A stretch of 64,000 nt of DNA from Conexibacter sp. (GCA_036499225.1 DASYEC010000122.1:22752-86751); one strand, 5' to 3'. Positions 12,876 to 22,858 are shown, counted from the first letter of the stretch. Program-made: numbers and translations. The notes: generated from the letters alone by a model not told the origin.

Positions 12876-13634
12876 TCAGTCCTCCATCAGCCGCCGCACG
12901 AACGCGCCTGGCTCGTTGAGGAAGGCGCGCATCAGCCGGACCGGCGGCGCTTCGTCGTAGGGGATCGCCTCGATGCCATCGTCGGAGAGGCAGTAGATCG
13001 TCGCGTCCGGGTAGGCAAGCACGACGGGAGAGTGGGTCGCGATCACGAACTGCGACCCGTCGGCGACCAGCTCGTCGATCCGCCGCAGCAGCGTCATGCA
13101 GTTCTGCACGGACAGGGCCGCCTCAGGCTCGTCGAGCAGGTAGAGGCCAGAGCCGCCGAAGCGGTTGACGACGATCGCGAGGAACGACTCGCCGTGCGAC
13201 TGCTCGTGCAGCGACGTGCCGCCGTAGGAGTCGAACGTGGTCTCGCCGTACGGGTCCTCTCGCTTCAGCCGCTCGAGGTAGGTCGCCGCGTTGAAGACGC
13301 TCTCAGCGCGCAGGAAGAAGTCGGTTCGCGGCCGCTTGACGCCGCGCACGAGCCGCAGCGCGTCGGCGAACGAGCCCTCCTCGGGGCGTGTCGAGAAGGC
13401 GAAGTTCGACGAGCCGCCTTCCGGGTTCATCCCGGCCGCGACCGCGAGCGCCTCGATCAGCGTCGACTTGCCGCTGCCGTTCTCGCCAACCAGAAAAGTC
13501 ACGTTCGCGTGCAGCGCGAGCGGCTGCTCAAGCGCGCGCACGACCGGCAGCCTCCACGGATGGCCGCACCGCTCGGGCTCGCCGTCGGCCGGCGGCCGCA
13601 GCGCGAGCGAGCGGATGAAGGCGCCGTCCAGCAT
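12876..13634 (-). CDS. stand-alone ABC/SMC-like P-loop ATPase (COG3910-like)
   Basis: Walker A GENGSGKST, Walker B LYLLDEPEAALS, H-loop-like ATHSP. 252 aa with no TM or transporter partner. Confidence 0.7.
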   Translation of the reverse strand: MLDGAFIRSLALRPPADGEPERCGHPWRLPVVRALEQPLALHANVTFLVGENGSGKSTLIEALAVAAGMNPEGGSSNFAFSTRPEEGSFADALRLVRGVKRPRTDFFLRAESVFNAATYLERLKREDPYGETTFDSYGGTSLHEQSHGESFLAIVVNRFGGSGLYLLDEPEAALSVQNCMTLLRRIDELVADGSQFVIATHSPVVLAYPDATIYCLSDDGIEAIPYDEAPPVRLMRAFLNEPGAFVRRLMED

Positions 13635-13652
13635 CCCGACGGCGCCCGCGCC

Positions 13653-14099
13653 TCAGCCGGCGGCGCCGGTGTCGGTGGGGCTGTCGGGCCCCGCGTCGAC
13701 GCCGTCGGAGCCCTCAGCGCGCCCGGCCGCTTCGCGCGCCTGCACGACGCTGAGCACGAGCAGGCCGAGGAAGGCGTCGAGCTGCGGCGGGTCGACGGCG
13801 GAGAGCGGCAGCTCGCCCTGGATCCAGACCTCGCCGTCGCGGGTGTGGGCGAAGCAGACGAAAGGGATCTGGCGGTTCCAGCGCAGCAGGTCGTGCGGGT
13901 CGATCCGGTCGGGCCCGATCACATGCGCTTGCGCGCGCAGCAAGCCGTCGCGGATCGCGATGCCGACGTCCAGCGGCCAGCCGGCCGCCTCGACCGTCAC
14001 GCCCCACTCGGCGAACGCCAGTCTGCGGGTGTCGCCGTCAAGGCTGGAGACGAACTGCTCGACGGTTGTGCGGGGATCGTTGGCGGCCACGGCGCGCAA
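13653..14099 (-). CDS. hypothetical protein, YbjN-like fold suspected
   Basis: 148 aa with balanced composition. LLRWNRQIPFVCFAHTRDGEVWIQGELPLSAVDPPQLDAFLGLL resembles the YbjN/T3SS-chaperone-like family. Lies 18 nt upstream of the ATPase on the same strand. Confidence 0.5.
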   Translation of the reverse strand: MRAVAANDPRTTVEQFVSSLDGDTRRLAFAEWGVTVEAAGWPLDVGIAIRDGLLRAQAHVIGPDRIDPHDLLRWNRQIPFVCFAHTRDGEVWIQGELPLSAVDPPQLDAFLGLLVLSVVQAREAAGRAEGSDGVDAGPDSPTDTGAAG

Positions 14100-14140
14100 A
14101 CGATACGCGGATGCAAGAACGGCGGCGCATTGCAGCGGAT

Positions 14141-14170
14141 TTGCACCCCACCAGACGCGGCGGTGCTAAT
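14141..14170 (+). promoter_or_regulatory. candidate sigma-70-type promoter for the rimP-nusA leader
   Basis: TTGCAC (14141-14146), 18-nt spacer, GCTAAT (14165-14170). Identified by eye only. Confidence 0.25.
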
Positions 14171-14219
14171 CTGAACGCACAGCTTTCCGCGCTGGCTTGT
14201 CCGGCGGCAGTTCAAGGAA

Positions 14220-14243
14220 GTGGGCGCTCGCCCACTTTTTTTT
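14220..14243 (+). terminator. intrinsic terminator/attenuator in the rimP-nusA-infB leader
   Basis: GTGGGC-gctc-GCCCAC stem-loop followed by eight T (14236-14243). It is followed at once by the AGGAGG Shine-Dalgarno and the rimP GTG at 14260. No plus-strand gene lies upstream. Confidence 0.55.
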
Positions 14244-14259
14244 ATGAGGAGGTGATCAC

Positions 14260-14682
14260 GTGACCAACAGAATCCAGAGCGAAATCGAAACAGCTTTGAC
14301 GACGGCCGAGCCCGATGTCGAAGTCCTCCTCGCCGAGGTGCTCGGCGGCAAGACCGTGCGCCTCTTCATCGACCACCCCGACGGCGTCTCGCTCGAGCTT
14401 TGCGAGCGCGTCACGCAGCACCTCATCGGCGTGCGCGAGCGCTACGCGCTTGAGGTCTCGTCGCCCGGCAGCGACCGCCCGCTGACGAAGCCCGAGCACT
14501 ACCGCCGCTTCGTCGGCCGCCATGCCCGCGTGCGCACGCGCCAGTCGCACGGCGGCCAGGGCTCTTACAGCGGCGAGCTGGTCGGCGCCACCGACTCCGA
14601 CGTCACGATCGCCGCAGAGACAGGCGTCGTGACCATCCCGTATACCGACATCAAACGGTCCAACCTCGTCCCAGGAGAGTAA
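14260..14682 (+). CDS. rimP: ribosome maturation factor RimP
   Basis: GTG start 9 nt after AGGAGG. LEVSSPGSDRPL motif, and position directly upstream of nusA. Confidence 0.85.
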   Translation: MTNRIQSEIETALTTAEPDVEVLLAEVLGGKTVRLFIDHPDGVSLELCERVTQHLIGVRERYALEVSSPGSDRPLTKPEHYRRFVGRHARVRTRQSHGGQGSYSGELVGATDSDVTIAAETGVVTIPYTDIKRSNLVPGE

Positions 14683-14687
14683 GCAGC

Positions 14688-16163
14688 ATGTCGAAAGAGA
14701 TCCTGGATGCCGTCCGTGGACTCGCGGCCGAGAAGAACATCTCGAGCGAGAAGCTCATGGTCGCGCTCGAGGACGCCCTCCTGTCCGCCTACAAGAAGAC
14801 GCCCGGAGCGGCGCCCTACGCGCAGGTCGAGATGGACCGTGAGCTCGGCGACTTCACCGTCTGGGAGCTGGTGATCCCCGAAGACCTCGAGGACCAGCTC
14901 ATCACCGAGCAGGAAGAGCTGATCGCCGCCGAGTTCTCTGGCGTCGACCCCGAGACGGGCGAGCAGCGCGAGCTGCCCGAGCCCGAGCTCGACTTCGAGA
15001 AGCTCGCCGAGTACGAGGACCAGATCGAGCGCGTCGACGTGACGCCCGAGGACTTCGGCCGGATCGCCGCGCAGACCGCCAAGCAGGTGATCCTTCAGCG
15101 GATCCGCGAGGCTGAGCGCGACATGATGTTCGAGGAGTACCGCGACCGCGTCGGCGAGCTGATCACGGGCATCGTCCAGCAGTCGGACTCTCGCTACACC
15201 CTCGTGCAGCTGCGCGAGCGGGTCGAGGCGCTGCTGCCGAAGTCCGAGCAGGTCGACGGCGAGCGCTACGACCACTCGCAGCGGATCAAGGCCGTCATCA
15301 AGGACGTCTCCGCCTCCACGAAGGGCCCGAGCATCATCGTCTCGCGCCGTGACCCGGAGCTGATCAAGGCGCTGTTCGAGCTTGAGGTGCCCGAGATCGC
15401 CGACGGCCTCGTCGAGATCACGAACGTCGCCCGCGAGCCCGGCTACCGCTCGAAGATCGCGGTCGTCTCGCATGCTGACGGCGTCGACCCGGTCGGCGCG
15501 TGCGTCGGCCCGCGCGGCTCCCGCGTGCGGATGGTCGTCTCCGAGCTGCGCGGCGAGAAGATCGACATCATCCCTTACAACGACGAGCCCGCCCGGTTCG
15601 TCGCCAAGGCCCTGTCGCCGGCGCGCGTGCGCGAGGTGCTGGTCGACGACGACGGCAAGCAGGCGACGGTGATCGTCCCTGACGACCAGCTGTCGCTCGC
15701 GATCGGCCGTGAGGGCCAGAACGCGCGGCTTGCCGCACGCCTGACCGGCTGGCGGATCGACATCCGCTCCGAGACCGAGTTCGCCTCCGAGGAGGCCGAG
15801 CACGGCTACGAGGAGGAGGAGGTCCAGGGCGGCCGTTGTGCCGCGATCCTCTCCAACGGCCGGCGCTGCCCGAACGCCGCGCTGCCTGGCTCGCGCTACT
15901 GCGGCCTGGAGACGCACCAGGCGCTCGCCCAGATCGACAGCGACGAGGTCGCCGCGCTCACCGGCGGCGGCACGGCCGTCGCGGTCGCCGAGGAAGAGGC
16001 CGAGCTGCTCGAGGAGACCGAGGGCGAAGAGGCCTACGAGACCGAGGTCGGCTACGACGAGGAGGACCTCGTCAACGAGGAGGGGCTGCTCGACGAGCAG
16101 CCCGACGAGCCCGATCACGCGCAGGCGTCGGGCGAGGAGCACGCGGAGGAGCCCGCGTCATAG
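14688..16163 (+). CDS. nusA: transcription termination/antitermination factor NusA with an unusual C-terminal extension
   Basis: NTD, S1 ([15 protein letters not shown]) and two KH domains ([34 protein letters not shown]), then ~125 extra residues. Confidence 0.93.
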   Translation: MSKEILDAVRGLAAEKNISSEKLMVALEDALLSAYKKTPGAAPYAQVEMDRELGDFTVWELVIPEDLEDQLITEQEELIAAEFSGVDPETGEQRELPEPELDFEKLAEYEDQIERVDVTPEDFGRIAAQTAKQVILQRIREAERDMMFEEYRDRVGELITGIVQQSDSRYTLVQLRERVEALLPKSEQVDGERYDHSQRIKAVIKDVSASTKGPSIIVSRRDPELIKALFELEVPEIADGLVEITNVAREPGYRSKIAVVSHADGVDPVGACVGPRGSRVRMVVSELRGEKIDIIPYNDEPARFVAKALSPARVREVLVDDDGKQATVIVPDDQLSLAIGREGQNARLAARLTGWRIDIRSETEFASEEAEHGYEEEEVQGGRCAAILSNGRRCPNAALPGSRYCGLETHQALAQIDSDEVAALTGGGTAVAVAEEEAELLEETEGEEAYETEVGYDEEDLVNEEGLLDEQPDEPDHAQASGEEHAEEPAS

Positions 16164-16165
16164 GG

Positions 16166-16483
16166 GTGGGCGAGCCTCAACGACGTTGTGTGGCCTGCGG
16201 CCGCATCGCGCCGAGAAGCTCGCTCGAGCGCTACGTCGTCCGCGACGGAGCGCTCGTCCCCGATCCCGCGAGCCGGCTGCCCGGCCGCGGGGCGTACACC
16301 TGCCGCACGGCGGACTGCTTCGAGCAGGCCCGCGCGCGCGGCGGCTTCAACCGCGCGTTCCGGCAGGCCGTTCGGATCGCGCCCGAGACGGTCCCGCCAC
16401 CCTTCGGCGCGCCCGCCACGGACCTGCCCGCCGAGCCGACGCGGCTCGATTCCTCAGAGAACGTACACTTGGACACTGCATGA
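16166..16483 (+). CDS. ylxR: YlxR/RnpM-family (DUF448) RNA-binding protein
   Basis: RRCVACG ... GRGAYTC ... CFEQA ... FNRAFR signature. Sits between nusA and infB. GTG at 16166 is a tentative start. The stop overlaps the infB ATG (ATGA at 16480-16483). Confidence 0.75.
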   Translation: MGEPQRRCVACGRIAPRSSLERYVVRDGALVPDPASRLPGRGAYTCRTADCFEQARARGGFNRAFRQAVRIAPETVPPPFGAPATDLPAEPTRLDSSENVHLDTA

Positions 16484-18960
16484 GCAAGAGCAAGGTCAGC
16501 GACATCGCAAAAGAGCACGGCATCTCCGCGGGGCGTTTGATCGCCACGTTGAGAGCCGCCGGCATCAACGCGCCGACGCCATCGTCGAGCGTCGACACCG
16601 ACGAAGCCGTGAGAGTGCTGAGCGCGAACGGCCTCGCCGGCAGATCGCAGAGACCGGCCCGCGCCGTCGGCACCTACCGCGACAGAAACGCGCCTGAGAG
16701 ACCCAGACCGAGAATCGCCGCCCGCGCCCGCGCGGCGCAGCGACCGGCAGCGGCGAACGGGCAGCAGCCGGCCAACGGCCAGCGTGGGCCAGGCGGCCCG
16801 CGCTCCGGCGACGGTCAGCGTGGCCCAGGCGGCCCGGGTGGCCCACGCGGCGGCGGACGCCCCGGCGGCCGTCCTGGCGAGGGCCAGCGCGGACCAGGCG
16901 GCCCGCGCGCTGGCGGACGTCCCGGCGATGGCCCGCGCGGCCCGCGCCCGACCGACGGCGCGCCCCGCACTGGCAACGGCCAGGCTCCCGCTGACCCGCA
17001 GAGACGTCCGACGCGCGACTCGATGCCCGGAGGCGCCCCCGGCGCCGCTGGCGGCGGCCGTCGCCGTGTCGTGATCGACTCGCAGGCTTCCCGCCGCACC
17101 CCCGGTGGCGGCGGCCCGCAGAACCAGCCGCCGCGCCGTCAGCGCCGTGGCCGGCGCCGTCGCGGCACGTACGAAGAGCCCGCTCCCCTCGAGACGAGAG
17201 TCGCGACCGGGCCCGCGCACGTCAGAATCGCCTCTGGCTCGACCGTCAAGGACGTCGCGGAGTACCTCGACATCCCGGTCCCCGAGATCATCAAGAAGCT
17301 GATGCAGCTCGGTGAGATGGCGACGCTGACGCAGACGCTGTCCGACGAGGCGATCGAGCTGATCGCGACGGAGTTCGGCCGCACGGCCGAGGTCATCCGC
17401 GCGGCTGACGACGTCGACGCCGAGCCGGTTTTCCAGGACACCGAGGACGAGCTCGTCGAGCGCGCCCCGGTCGTCACGATCATGGGCCACGTCGACCACG
17501 GCAAGACGTCGCTGCTCGACGCCATCCGCGACACCGAGGTGACCGCGGGCGAGGCCGGCGGCATCACCCAGCACATCGGCGCCTATCAGGTGCATCACGC
17601 CGACAGAACGGTCACGTTCCTCGACACCCCGGGCCATGAGGCGTTCACCGCCATGCGTGCCCACGGCGCCAAGGCGACCGACATCGCCGTGATCGTCGTC
17701 GCCGCCGACGACGGCGTGAAGCCGCAGACGCAGGAGGCAGTCGACCACGCGAAGGCCGCCAGAGTGCCGATCCTCGTCGCCGTCAACAAGATCGACAAGG
17801 AGGGCGCGCAGCCCGACCGCGTCCGCACCGAGATGACGCAGCTCGGCCTGCAGCCCGTCGAGTGGGGCGGCGACACCGAGTTCGTCGACGTCTCCGCGAA
17901 GACGAAGGCCGGCCTCGACGACCTGCTCGACACGATCCTCGTGATGTCCGAGGTCGAGGAGCTGAGAGCGAACCCGAACGCCGAGGCGTCGGGCGTCGTG
18001 ATCGAGTCGAAGCTCGACCCGGGCCGCGGCGCGGTCTGCACGGTCCTGATCCAGCGCGGCACGCTGAGAGTCGGAGACGCGCTCGTTGCCGGCCAGCACT
18101 GGGGCAAGGTCCGCGCGATGAACGACTTCTTGGGCAGCCGCGTGAAGAAGGCGGAGCCCGGCGAGCCGGTCGAGATCCTCGGCTTCGACTCCGTCCCCGA
18201 GGCGGGCGAGTTCGTGCGCGTCGTCGAGAACGACCGCAAGGCCCGCCAGCTCGCTGGCGAGCGCGCCAACCGCCTCAAGACCGAGGCGCTCGCTCGTCGG
18301 TCGGGCAAGCGCATCACGCTCGAGGACATCTTCAAGAGCGAGCTGCAGGAGCTCAACCTCGTGCTCAAGGCCGACGTGGCCGGCTCGCTCGAGGCGATCG
18401 AGGACGAGATCGCGAAGCTGCCGCAGAGCGAGATCTCGGTCAACGTCGTCCACCGCGGCGTCGGTGGCGTGAACGAGTCCGACGTGATGCTCGCCGCCGC
18501 GTCTGACGGCGTCGTGCTCGCGTTCAACGTCCGCCCGATCGGCGACGCGGCGCGCGTCGCGGACCGCGAGGGCGTTGAGATCCGCTCCTATGCCGTCATC
18601 TACCGCGCGATCGAAGAGCTGCGCGCGGCGATGGAGGGCATGCTCGAGCCCGAGGAGGTCGAGGACCAGATCGCGACGATCGAGGTCCGCGCGATCTTCC
18701 GCGCTTCGAGAATCGGCGTCATCGCCGGCTCCTACGTCACTGACGGCAAAGTCACGCGCGGCGCCAGAGTGCGCCTCGTGCGTGACGGCACGGTCGTCTA
18801 TGACGGTGAGATCGCGTCGCTGAAGCGGTTCAACGAGGACGTCAGAGAAGTCGCCGCTGGCTTCGAGTGCGGCATCGTGCTGAGAGATTTCGCGGACGTC
18901 AAGGAAGGCGACGTGCTCGAGGCGTACACCACGCGCAAGGTCGAGCGCGAGCTCGCGTAG
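16480..18960 (+). CDS. infB: translation initiation factor IF-2
   Basis: ATG at 16480 ([16 protein letters not shown]). Gly/Pro/Arg-rich linker. G domain [29 protein letters not shown]. The ORF-track start at 15838 is an overlapping shadow extension. Confidence 0.93.
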   Translation: MSKSKVSDIAKEHGISAGRLIATLRAAGINAPTPSSSVDTDEAVRVLSANGLAGRSQRPARAVGTYRDRNAPERPRPRIAARARAAQRPAAANGQQPANGQRGPGGPRSGDGQRGPGGPGGPRGGGRPGGRPGEGQRGPGGPRAGGRPGDGPRGPRPTDGAPRTGNGQAPADPQRRPTRDSMPGGAPGAAGGGRRRVVIDSQASRRTPGGGGPQNQPPRRQRRGRRRRGTYEEPAPLETRVATGPAHVRIASGSTVKDVAEYLDIPVPEIIKKLMQLGEMATLTQTLSDEAIELIATEFGRTAEVIRAADDVDAEPVFQDTEDELVERAPVVTIMGHVDHGKTSLLDAIRDTEVTAGEAGGITQHIGAYQVHHADRTVTFLDTPGHEAFTAMRAHGAKATDIAVIVVAADDGVKPQTQEAVDHAKAARVPILVAVNKIDKEGAQPDRVRTEMTQLGLQPVEWGGDTEFVDVSAKTKAGLDDLLDTILVMSEVEELRANPNAEASGVVIESKLDPGRGAVCTVLIQRGTLRVGDALVAGQHWGKVRAMNDFLGSRVKKAEPGEPVEILGFDSVPEAGEFVRVVENDRKARQLAGERANRLKTEALARRSGKRITLEDIFKSELQELNLVLKADVAGSLEAIEDEIAKLPQSEISVNVVHRGVGGVNESDVMLAAASDGVVLAFNVRPIGDAARVADREGVEIRSYAVIYRAIEELRAAMEGMLEPEEVEDQIATIEVRAIFRASRIGVIAGSYVTDGKVTRGARVRLVRDGTVVYDGEIASLKRFNEDVREVAAGFECGIVLRDFADVKEGDVLEAYTTRKVERELA

Positions 18961-18966
18961 CGCCCA

Positions 18967-19278
18967 ATGTCTGGCGGCTTCGTCGCCGTGATGGTGGTGG
19001 ATGTGCACTTCCCCGACGCGGGAAGCCTGAAAGGCAAGCGCAAGGAGCTGTCGTCGCTGAAGGCGCAGCTCCAGCAGCGCTTGCACTGCGCGGTCGCGGA
19101 GACCGCGTACCAGGACCTGTGGCAGCGGGCCGAGCTCACACTCGCGTTGACGGGCGGCTCGCTGCCAAGGCTGGAAGCCGCGGCCGACAACGTCGAGCGG
19201 TGGTTGGAGGAGCGGCTGCCGCAGGGCGTCCGCGTCGATCGTTTCGTCCGCTCCGTGTCAGACCTCGAAGGTGTTTGA
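18967..19278 (+). CDS. DUF503 (YlxP-like) protein
   Basis: 103 aa. HFPDAGSLKGKRKELSSLKAQL is typical of DUF503. Sits in the conserved slot between infB and rbfA. Confidence 0.75.
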   Translation: MSGGFVAVMVVDVHFPDAGSLKGKRKELSSLKAQLQQRLHCAVAETAYQDLWQRAELTLALTGGSLPRLEAAADNVERWLEERLPQGVRVDRFVRSVSDLEGV

Positions 19279-19322
19279 GTGATCAACGCGATTACCAGCG
19301 CAGGATCGGAGTGGCGGATAGG

Positions 19323-19709
19323 ATGAGCGGCAGTCGGATTCGTCGCGTCGACGAGGCAGTTCGCGCCGTGCTGAGTGACGCGATCACGCAGGAGCTGAAG
19401 GACCCGCGCGTCGGGTTCGTGACCGTGACCGCCGTGAGAACTAGCTCAGACCTTCGCCATTGCCGCGTCTACGTCAGCGTCCTCGGCGACGAGGAGACCC
19501 GCGCGGCTGGGTTGGAAGGGCTGCGCTCGGCGCAGGGCTTCCTGCAGCGCCGCGTCGCCGGCGCGGTGCGGCTGAAGTACACGCCGGAGATCACCTTCGC
19601 CTACGACGACTCGGTCGACAGAAGCATCCGGATCAGCGAGCTGCTTCAAGAGGTCGGCCCGCTGAGCGAGAGCGAGAGCGAGCCGCCGAGCGAGAGCGAA
19701 GAGGCGTGA
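19323..19709 (+). CDS. rbfA: ribosome-binding factor A
   Basis: ATG at 19323. RVDEAVRAVLSDAITQELKDPRVGFVTVTAVRTSSDLRHCRVYVSVLG. Acidic SESE tail. Confidence 0.88.
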   Translation: MSGSRIRRVDEAVRAVLSDAITQELKDPRVGFVTVTAVRTSSDLRHCRVYVSVLGDEETRAAGLEGLRSAQGFLQRRVAGAVRLKYTPEITFAYDDSVDRSIRISELLQEVGPLSESESEPPSESEEA

Positions 19710-20710
19710 CCGGGGTCGGCACGAACGGGAAGCGCGCGACGCGCTCCCAGGTGCTCGACGAGTTCCGCAACGCGGACAAGTTCCTGCTTGGCACCCATGA
19801 GAACCCCGACGGCGACGCGCTCGGCTCGCTGGTCGCGATGCATCAGATCCTTGCCTCCAGCGGCAAGGACTCGATCATGTTCATGGACGCCGACGAGTTC
19901 CCGCTGCCGTACGAGTACCGCTTCTTCTCGCTCGACGGGCTCGTCTCGGTCCCGCCGCCGGACATCGAGGAGCGCACGATCGTGCTGCTCGACTGCGGCA
20001 ACATCGATCGCAACCCGGCTGACGCGCTGAAGTTCGAGGGCGCGCACATCCTCAACGTCGACCACCATCACGACAACACCCACTTCGGCACGGTCAACCA
20101 CGTCGTGCCGGAGGCGTCGTGCACGGCCGAGATCGTCTGGGACCTGATGCGCGGCCTCGGCGTCGAGCCGACGACCTCGATCGCCGAGGCGCTCTACGTC
20201 GGCCTCGTCACCGACACCGGCATGTTCATGTACGAGAACACCGGCACGCGAGCGCATGTGATGGCGGCCGAGCTGATCGACGCCGGCGTTGACGTCCACG
20301 ACATCTACCGGCGGATATACGAGGGGATCCCGTACGGCAAGCTCGCGCTGCTGGCGCGCGGCCTCTCGAACATCGAGCGCTACGACGACGGCCGGCTGAC
20401 CGCGACGAGACTGACGGTCGCCGACTACCGCGACTCGGGCGCCGAGGAGAACTACTCCGAGGGCGTGATCGACCACCTCCGCTCGGTCGAGGGGACAGCG
20501 GTCGCGGCGCTCGTGCGCGACCGCCTCGGCCCCGGCCAAGAGGGGCTGAGAAAGGTCTCGCTGCGGGCCAGCGACGAGCGCGTCGACGTCTCGAGGATCG
20601 CCCGCGCGCTCGGCGGCGGCGGCCACCGCCAAGCGGCCGGCTTCTCGACCTCGCTGTCGTGGGAAGAGCTGATGGCCTTCCTGCGCGAAGAAGTCGCGCA
20701 ACAGCTCTAG
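19706..20710 (+). CDS. nrnA: DHH/DHHA1 phosphoesterase (NrnA-like oligoribonuclease / pAp phosphatase)
   Basis: GTG at 19706 overlaps the rbfA stop (GTGA). Motifs HENPDGDALGS, DHHHDN, GGGGHRQAAGF. Confidence 0.82.
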   Translation: MTGVGTNGKRATRSQVLDEFRNADKFLLGTHENPDGDALGSLVAMHQILASSGKDSIMFMDADEFPLPYEYRFFSLDGLVSVPPPDIEERTIVLLDCGNIDRNPADALKFEGAHILNVDHHHDNTHFGTVNHVVPEASCTAEIVWDLMRGLGVEPTTSIAEALYVGLVTDTGMFMYENTGTRAHVMAAELIDAGVDVHDIYRRIYEGIPYGKLALLARGLSNIERYDDGRLTATRLTVADYRDSGAEENYSEGVIDHLRSVEGTAVAALVRDRLGPGQEGLRKVSLRASDERVDVSRIARALGGGGHRQAAGFSTSLSWEELMAFLREEVAQQL

Positions 20711-20720
20711 GGCGGCACCC

Positions 20721-21641
20721 GTGAGCGCCGCGCCCGCGCCGGTCATCGACGGCGTGATCCTTTACGACAAGCCTCGCGACATCACCTCGCATGACGTTGT
20801 CGCGCGCGTGCGCCGGACGCTGCCGCGCAAGACGAGAGTCGGCCACGCCGGCACGCTCGACCCGTTCGCGACCGGGCTGCTGCTCGTGCTCGTCGGCCGC
20901 GGGACGCGCGCGCAGCGATTCCTGATGGGGCTGGCGAAGGACTACGAGACGATCGCGCGGTTCGGCGCCGTCTCCAGCACGGGGGACAGCGAGGGGGAGA
21001 TCACGGAGACGGGCCGCGTCCCCGACGGTGATCTCATCCTTCCGAGAGGCCGCGTCAGACAGCGCCCGCCGGCCTACTCGGCGTTGAGAGTCGACGGCGA
21101 GCGTGCCTACGCCCGCGCCCGCCGCGGGGAGGAGGTCGAGCTGCCCGAGCGCGAGATCACGGTCTACGACTTTCAGGAGCTTTCCCGTGAAGGAGACCGC
21201 CGCGCCTTCGCGATCCGCTGCTCGTCGGGGACGTACGTGCGCAGCCTCATCGCCGATCTCGGCGACGCCTATTGCGAGGAGCTGCGACGGACCGCGATCG
21301 GGAGCTTCGACGTCGCCGACGCCGACCCTGAGCGGATCGTCCCGCTCAACGACGCGCTCGCGTTCATGCCGGCGGTGACGCTCGACACCGAAGCGGCGCG
21401 AAGGGCGTCGCACGGGGTCGCGGTCGCGGTGCCCGCTGGCGCTGAGGCGCCGGGCATAACCGCGCCGGCGGGGTCTGACACGTCCGGCACGACCGCTGCC
21501 GACGGCCCCGACAGACCCGCCCCTCCGTTCATCCGCCTGCTCGACGAGCAGGGGCTGATCGCGATCGCGCAGCCGCGCCCGGATCCCGACGATCCTGCCG
21601 CGCCAGCGCTGCTCAAACCGGTCGTCGGGCTGCGTGGTTAG
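20721..21641 (+). CDS. truB: tRNA pseudouridine(55) synthase
   Basis: ILYDKPRDITSHDVV and the catalytic motif GHAGTLDPFATGLL. Confidence 0.9.
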   Translation: MSAAPAPVIDGVILYDKPRDITSHDVVARVRRTLPRKTRVGHAGTLDPFATGLLLVLVGRGTRAQRFLMGLAKDYETIARFGAVSSTGDSEGEITETGRVPDGDLILPRGRVRQRPPAYSALRVDGERAYARARRGEEVELPEREITVYDFQELSREGDRRAFAIRCSSGTYVRSLIADLGDAYCEELRRTAIGSFDVADADPERIVPLNDALAFMPAVTLDTEAARRASHGVAVAVPAGAEAPGITAPAGSDTSGTTAADGPDRPAPPFIRLLDEQGLIAIAQPRPDPDDPAAPALLKPVVGLRG

Positions 21642-21677
21642 CCCCTCGCGGCGGCCGCTCATCTACTCTTCCGCGCC

Positions 21678-22589
21678 ATGCAGATCACCTGGCTGCCCGA
21701 CGTCGCGCCGCGGCCCCGGCGCGTCGCCGTCGGAGAGTTCGACGGAGTCCACGTCGGCCACCGCACCGTGATCGCGGGCAGCGACACGGTCGTGACGTTC
21801 GAGCCGCACCCGCTCGCGGTGCTGCATCCCGACAAGGCGCCGCAGCTGCTGACGAGCCTCGCGGTGAAGGCGGAGCTGATCGCTGGGCTCGGAGTGCGCG
21901 AGCTGGTCGTGATCCCGTTCGACGCGGCGTTCGCCGCCCAGAGCGCGCAGGCGTTCATCGACGACGTGCTGGTCGGCCGCCTCGGCGCGACGCACGTCTC
22001 CGTCGGCGACAACTTCCGCTTCGGCCACGGCGCGAGAGGCGACACAGAGCTGCTGCGCGCCGACGGCCGCTTCGAGCTGCGCGTCGTGGGGCTCGTCGAC
22101 CTCGAGCACGAGGTGATCTCCTCCTCGCGCGTGCGCGCGCTGGTCCAGGCTGGCTCGGTCGAGGAGGCCAACCGCTACCTCGGCGCCCCGTTCCGCATGC
22201 GCGGCGAGGTCGGCCACGGCGAGCGGCGCGGCCGCGAGCTCGGCTTCCCGACCGCCAACCTCGAGCCCGACCCGGCGCTCGTCTGCCCCGGCAACGGCGT
22301 CTACGCGACGCGCGTGACGATCGCCGACGGCGGCGGGACGTACTGCGCCGCGACCAACGTCGGCACGCGCCCGACGTTCAGAAGCGAGCTCGGCGTGCTG
22401 GTCGAGCCGTATCTGATCGACTTCTCCGGAGACCTCTACGGGCGCACGATCGAGGTCGAGTTCCTGACGCGTCTGCGCGGTGAGGAGAAGTTCGAGTCGG
22501 TCGACGCGCTGATCGACCAGATGCACCGTGACGTGGCGACAGCACGGGCGATCTGTGCAGGCGATTCTGCTACGCTGCGCGGCCGATGA
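21678..22589 (+). CDS. ribF: bifunctional riboflavin kinase / FAD synthetase
   Basis: [26 protein letters not shown], and the C-terminal kinase domain. Confidence 0.9.
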   Translation: MQITWLPDVAPRPRRVAVGEFDGVHVGHRTVIAGSDTVVTFEPHPLAVLHPDKAPQLLTSLAVKAELIAGLGVRELVVIPFDAAFAAQSAQAFIDDVLVGRLGATHVSVGDNFRFGHGARGDTELLRADGRFELRVVGLVDLEHEVISSSRVRALVQAGSVEEANRYLGAPFRMRGEVGHGERRGRELGFPTANLEPDPALVCPGNGVYATRVTIADGGGTYCAATNVGTRPTFRSELGVLVEPYLIDFSGDLYGRTIEVEFLTRLRGEEKFESVDALIDQMHRDVATARAICAGDSATLRGR

Positions 22590-22858
22590 CGACCCTCACC
22601 ACCGAGCGCAAGCAAGAGCTGATCGCGAAGTTCGGCAGAGACGAGAAGGACACCGGCGCCGCCGAGGTCCAGATCGCCATGCTGACGGAGCGGATCAACG
22701 ACCTCACCGAGCATCTGCGCACCCACAAGAAGGACCACCACTCTCGGCGCGGCCTGCTCATGCTCGTCGGCCGCCGTCGCCGCTTCCTCAACTACTTGCA
22801 GCGCAAGGACCTCAACGGGTACCGCGCGCTGGTGAGAGAGCTCGGCCTCCGTAAGTGA
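22586..22858 (+). CDS. rpsO: 30S ribosomal protein S15
   Basis: 90 aa. [40 protein letters not shown] overlaps the ribF stop (ATGA). Confidence 0.95.
   Translation: MTTLTTERKQELIAKFGRDEKDTGAAEVQIAMLTERINDLTEHLRTHKKDHHSRRGLLMLVGRRRRFLNYLQRKDLNGYRALVRELGLRK

Noticed and set aside
14100-14219. A tRNA gene upstream of rimP, by analogy with metY in E. coli.
   Set aside because: I could not find an acceptor stem/T-arm arrangement or a GTTCGAATC-like T-loop. The region is better explained as a promoter plus a short leader.
14244-14255. Mini-ORF ATG AGG AGG TGA between the terminator and rimP.
   Set aside because: The AGGAGG is the rimP Shine-Dalgarno. A 3-codon ORF with no ribosome binding site of its own is most likely coincidental.
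15838-16479. N-terminal 214-residue extension of the IF-2 ORF, overlapping nusA and ylxR.
   Set aside because: The extension is R/P/A-rich and overlaps two well-supported genes. The ATG at 16480 gives the conserved IF-2 N-terminus ([16 protein letters not shown]) and an ATGA coupling to ylxR.
16231-19086. 951-aa minus-strand ORF antisense to infB. Similar long antisense or out-of-frame ORFs occur elsewhere (for example 685-1998, 9069-10775, 14565-16142, 44120-46444, 50867-52297).
   Set aside because: Same reasoning as for the 23864-28189 ORF. They are low-complexity, Arg/Ala-rich translations, each overlapping a gene with strong family motifs on the other strand or frame.
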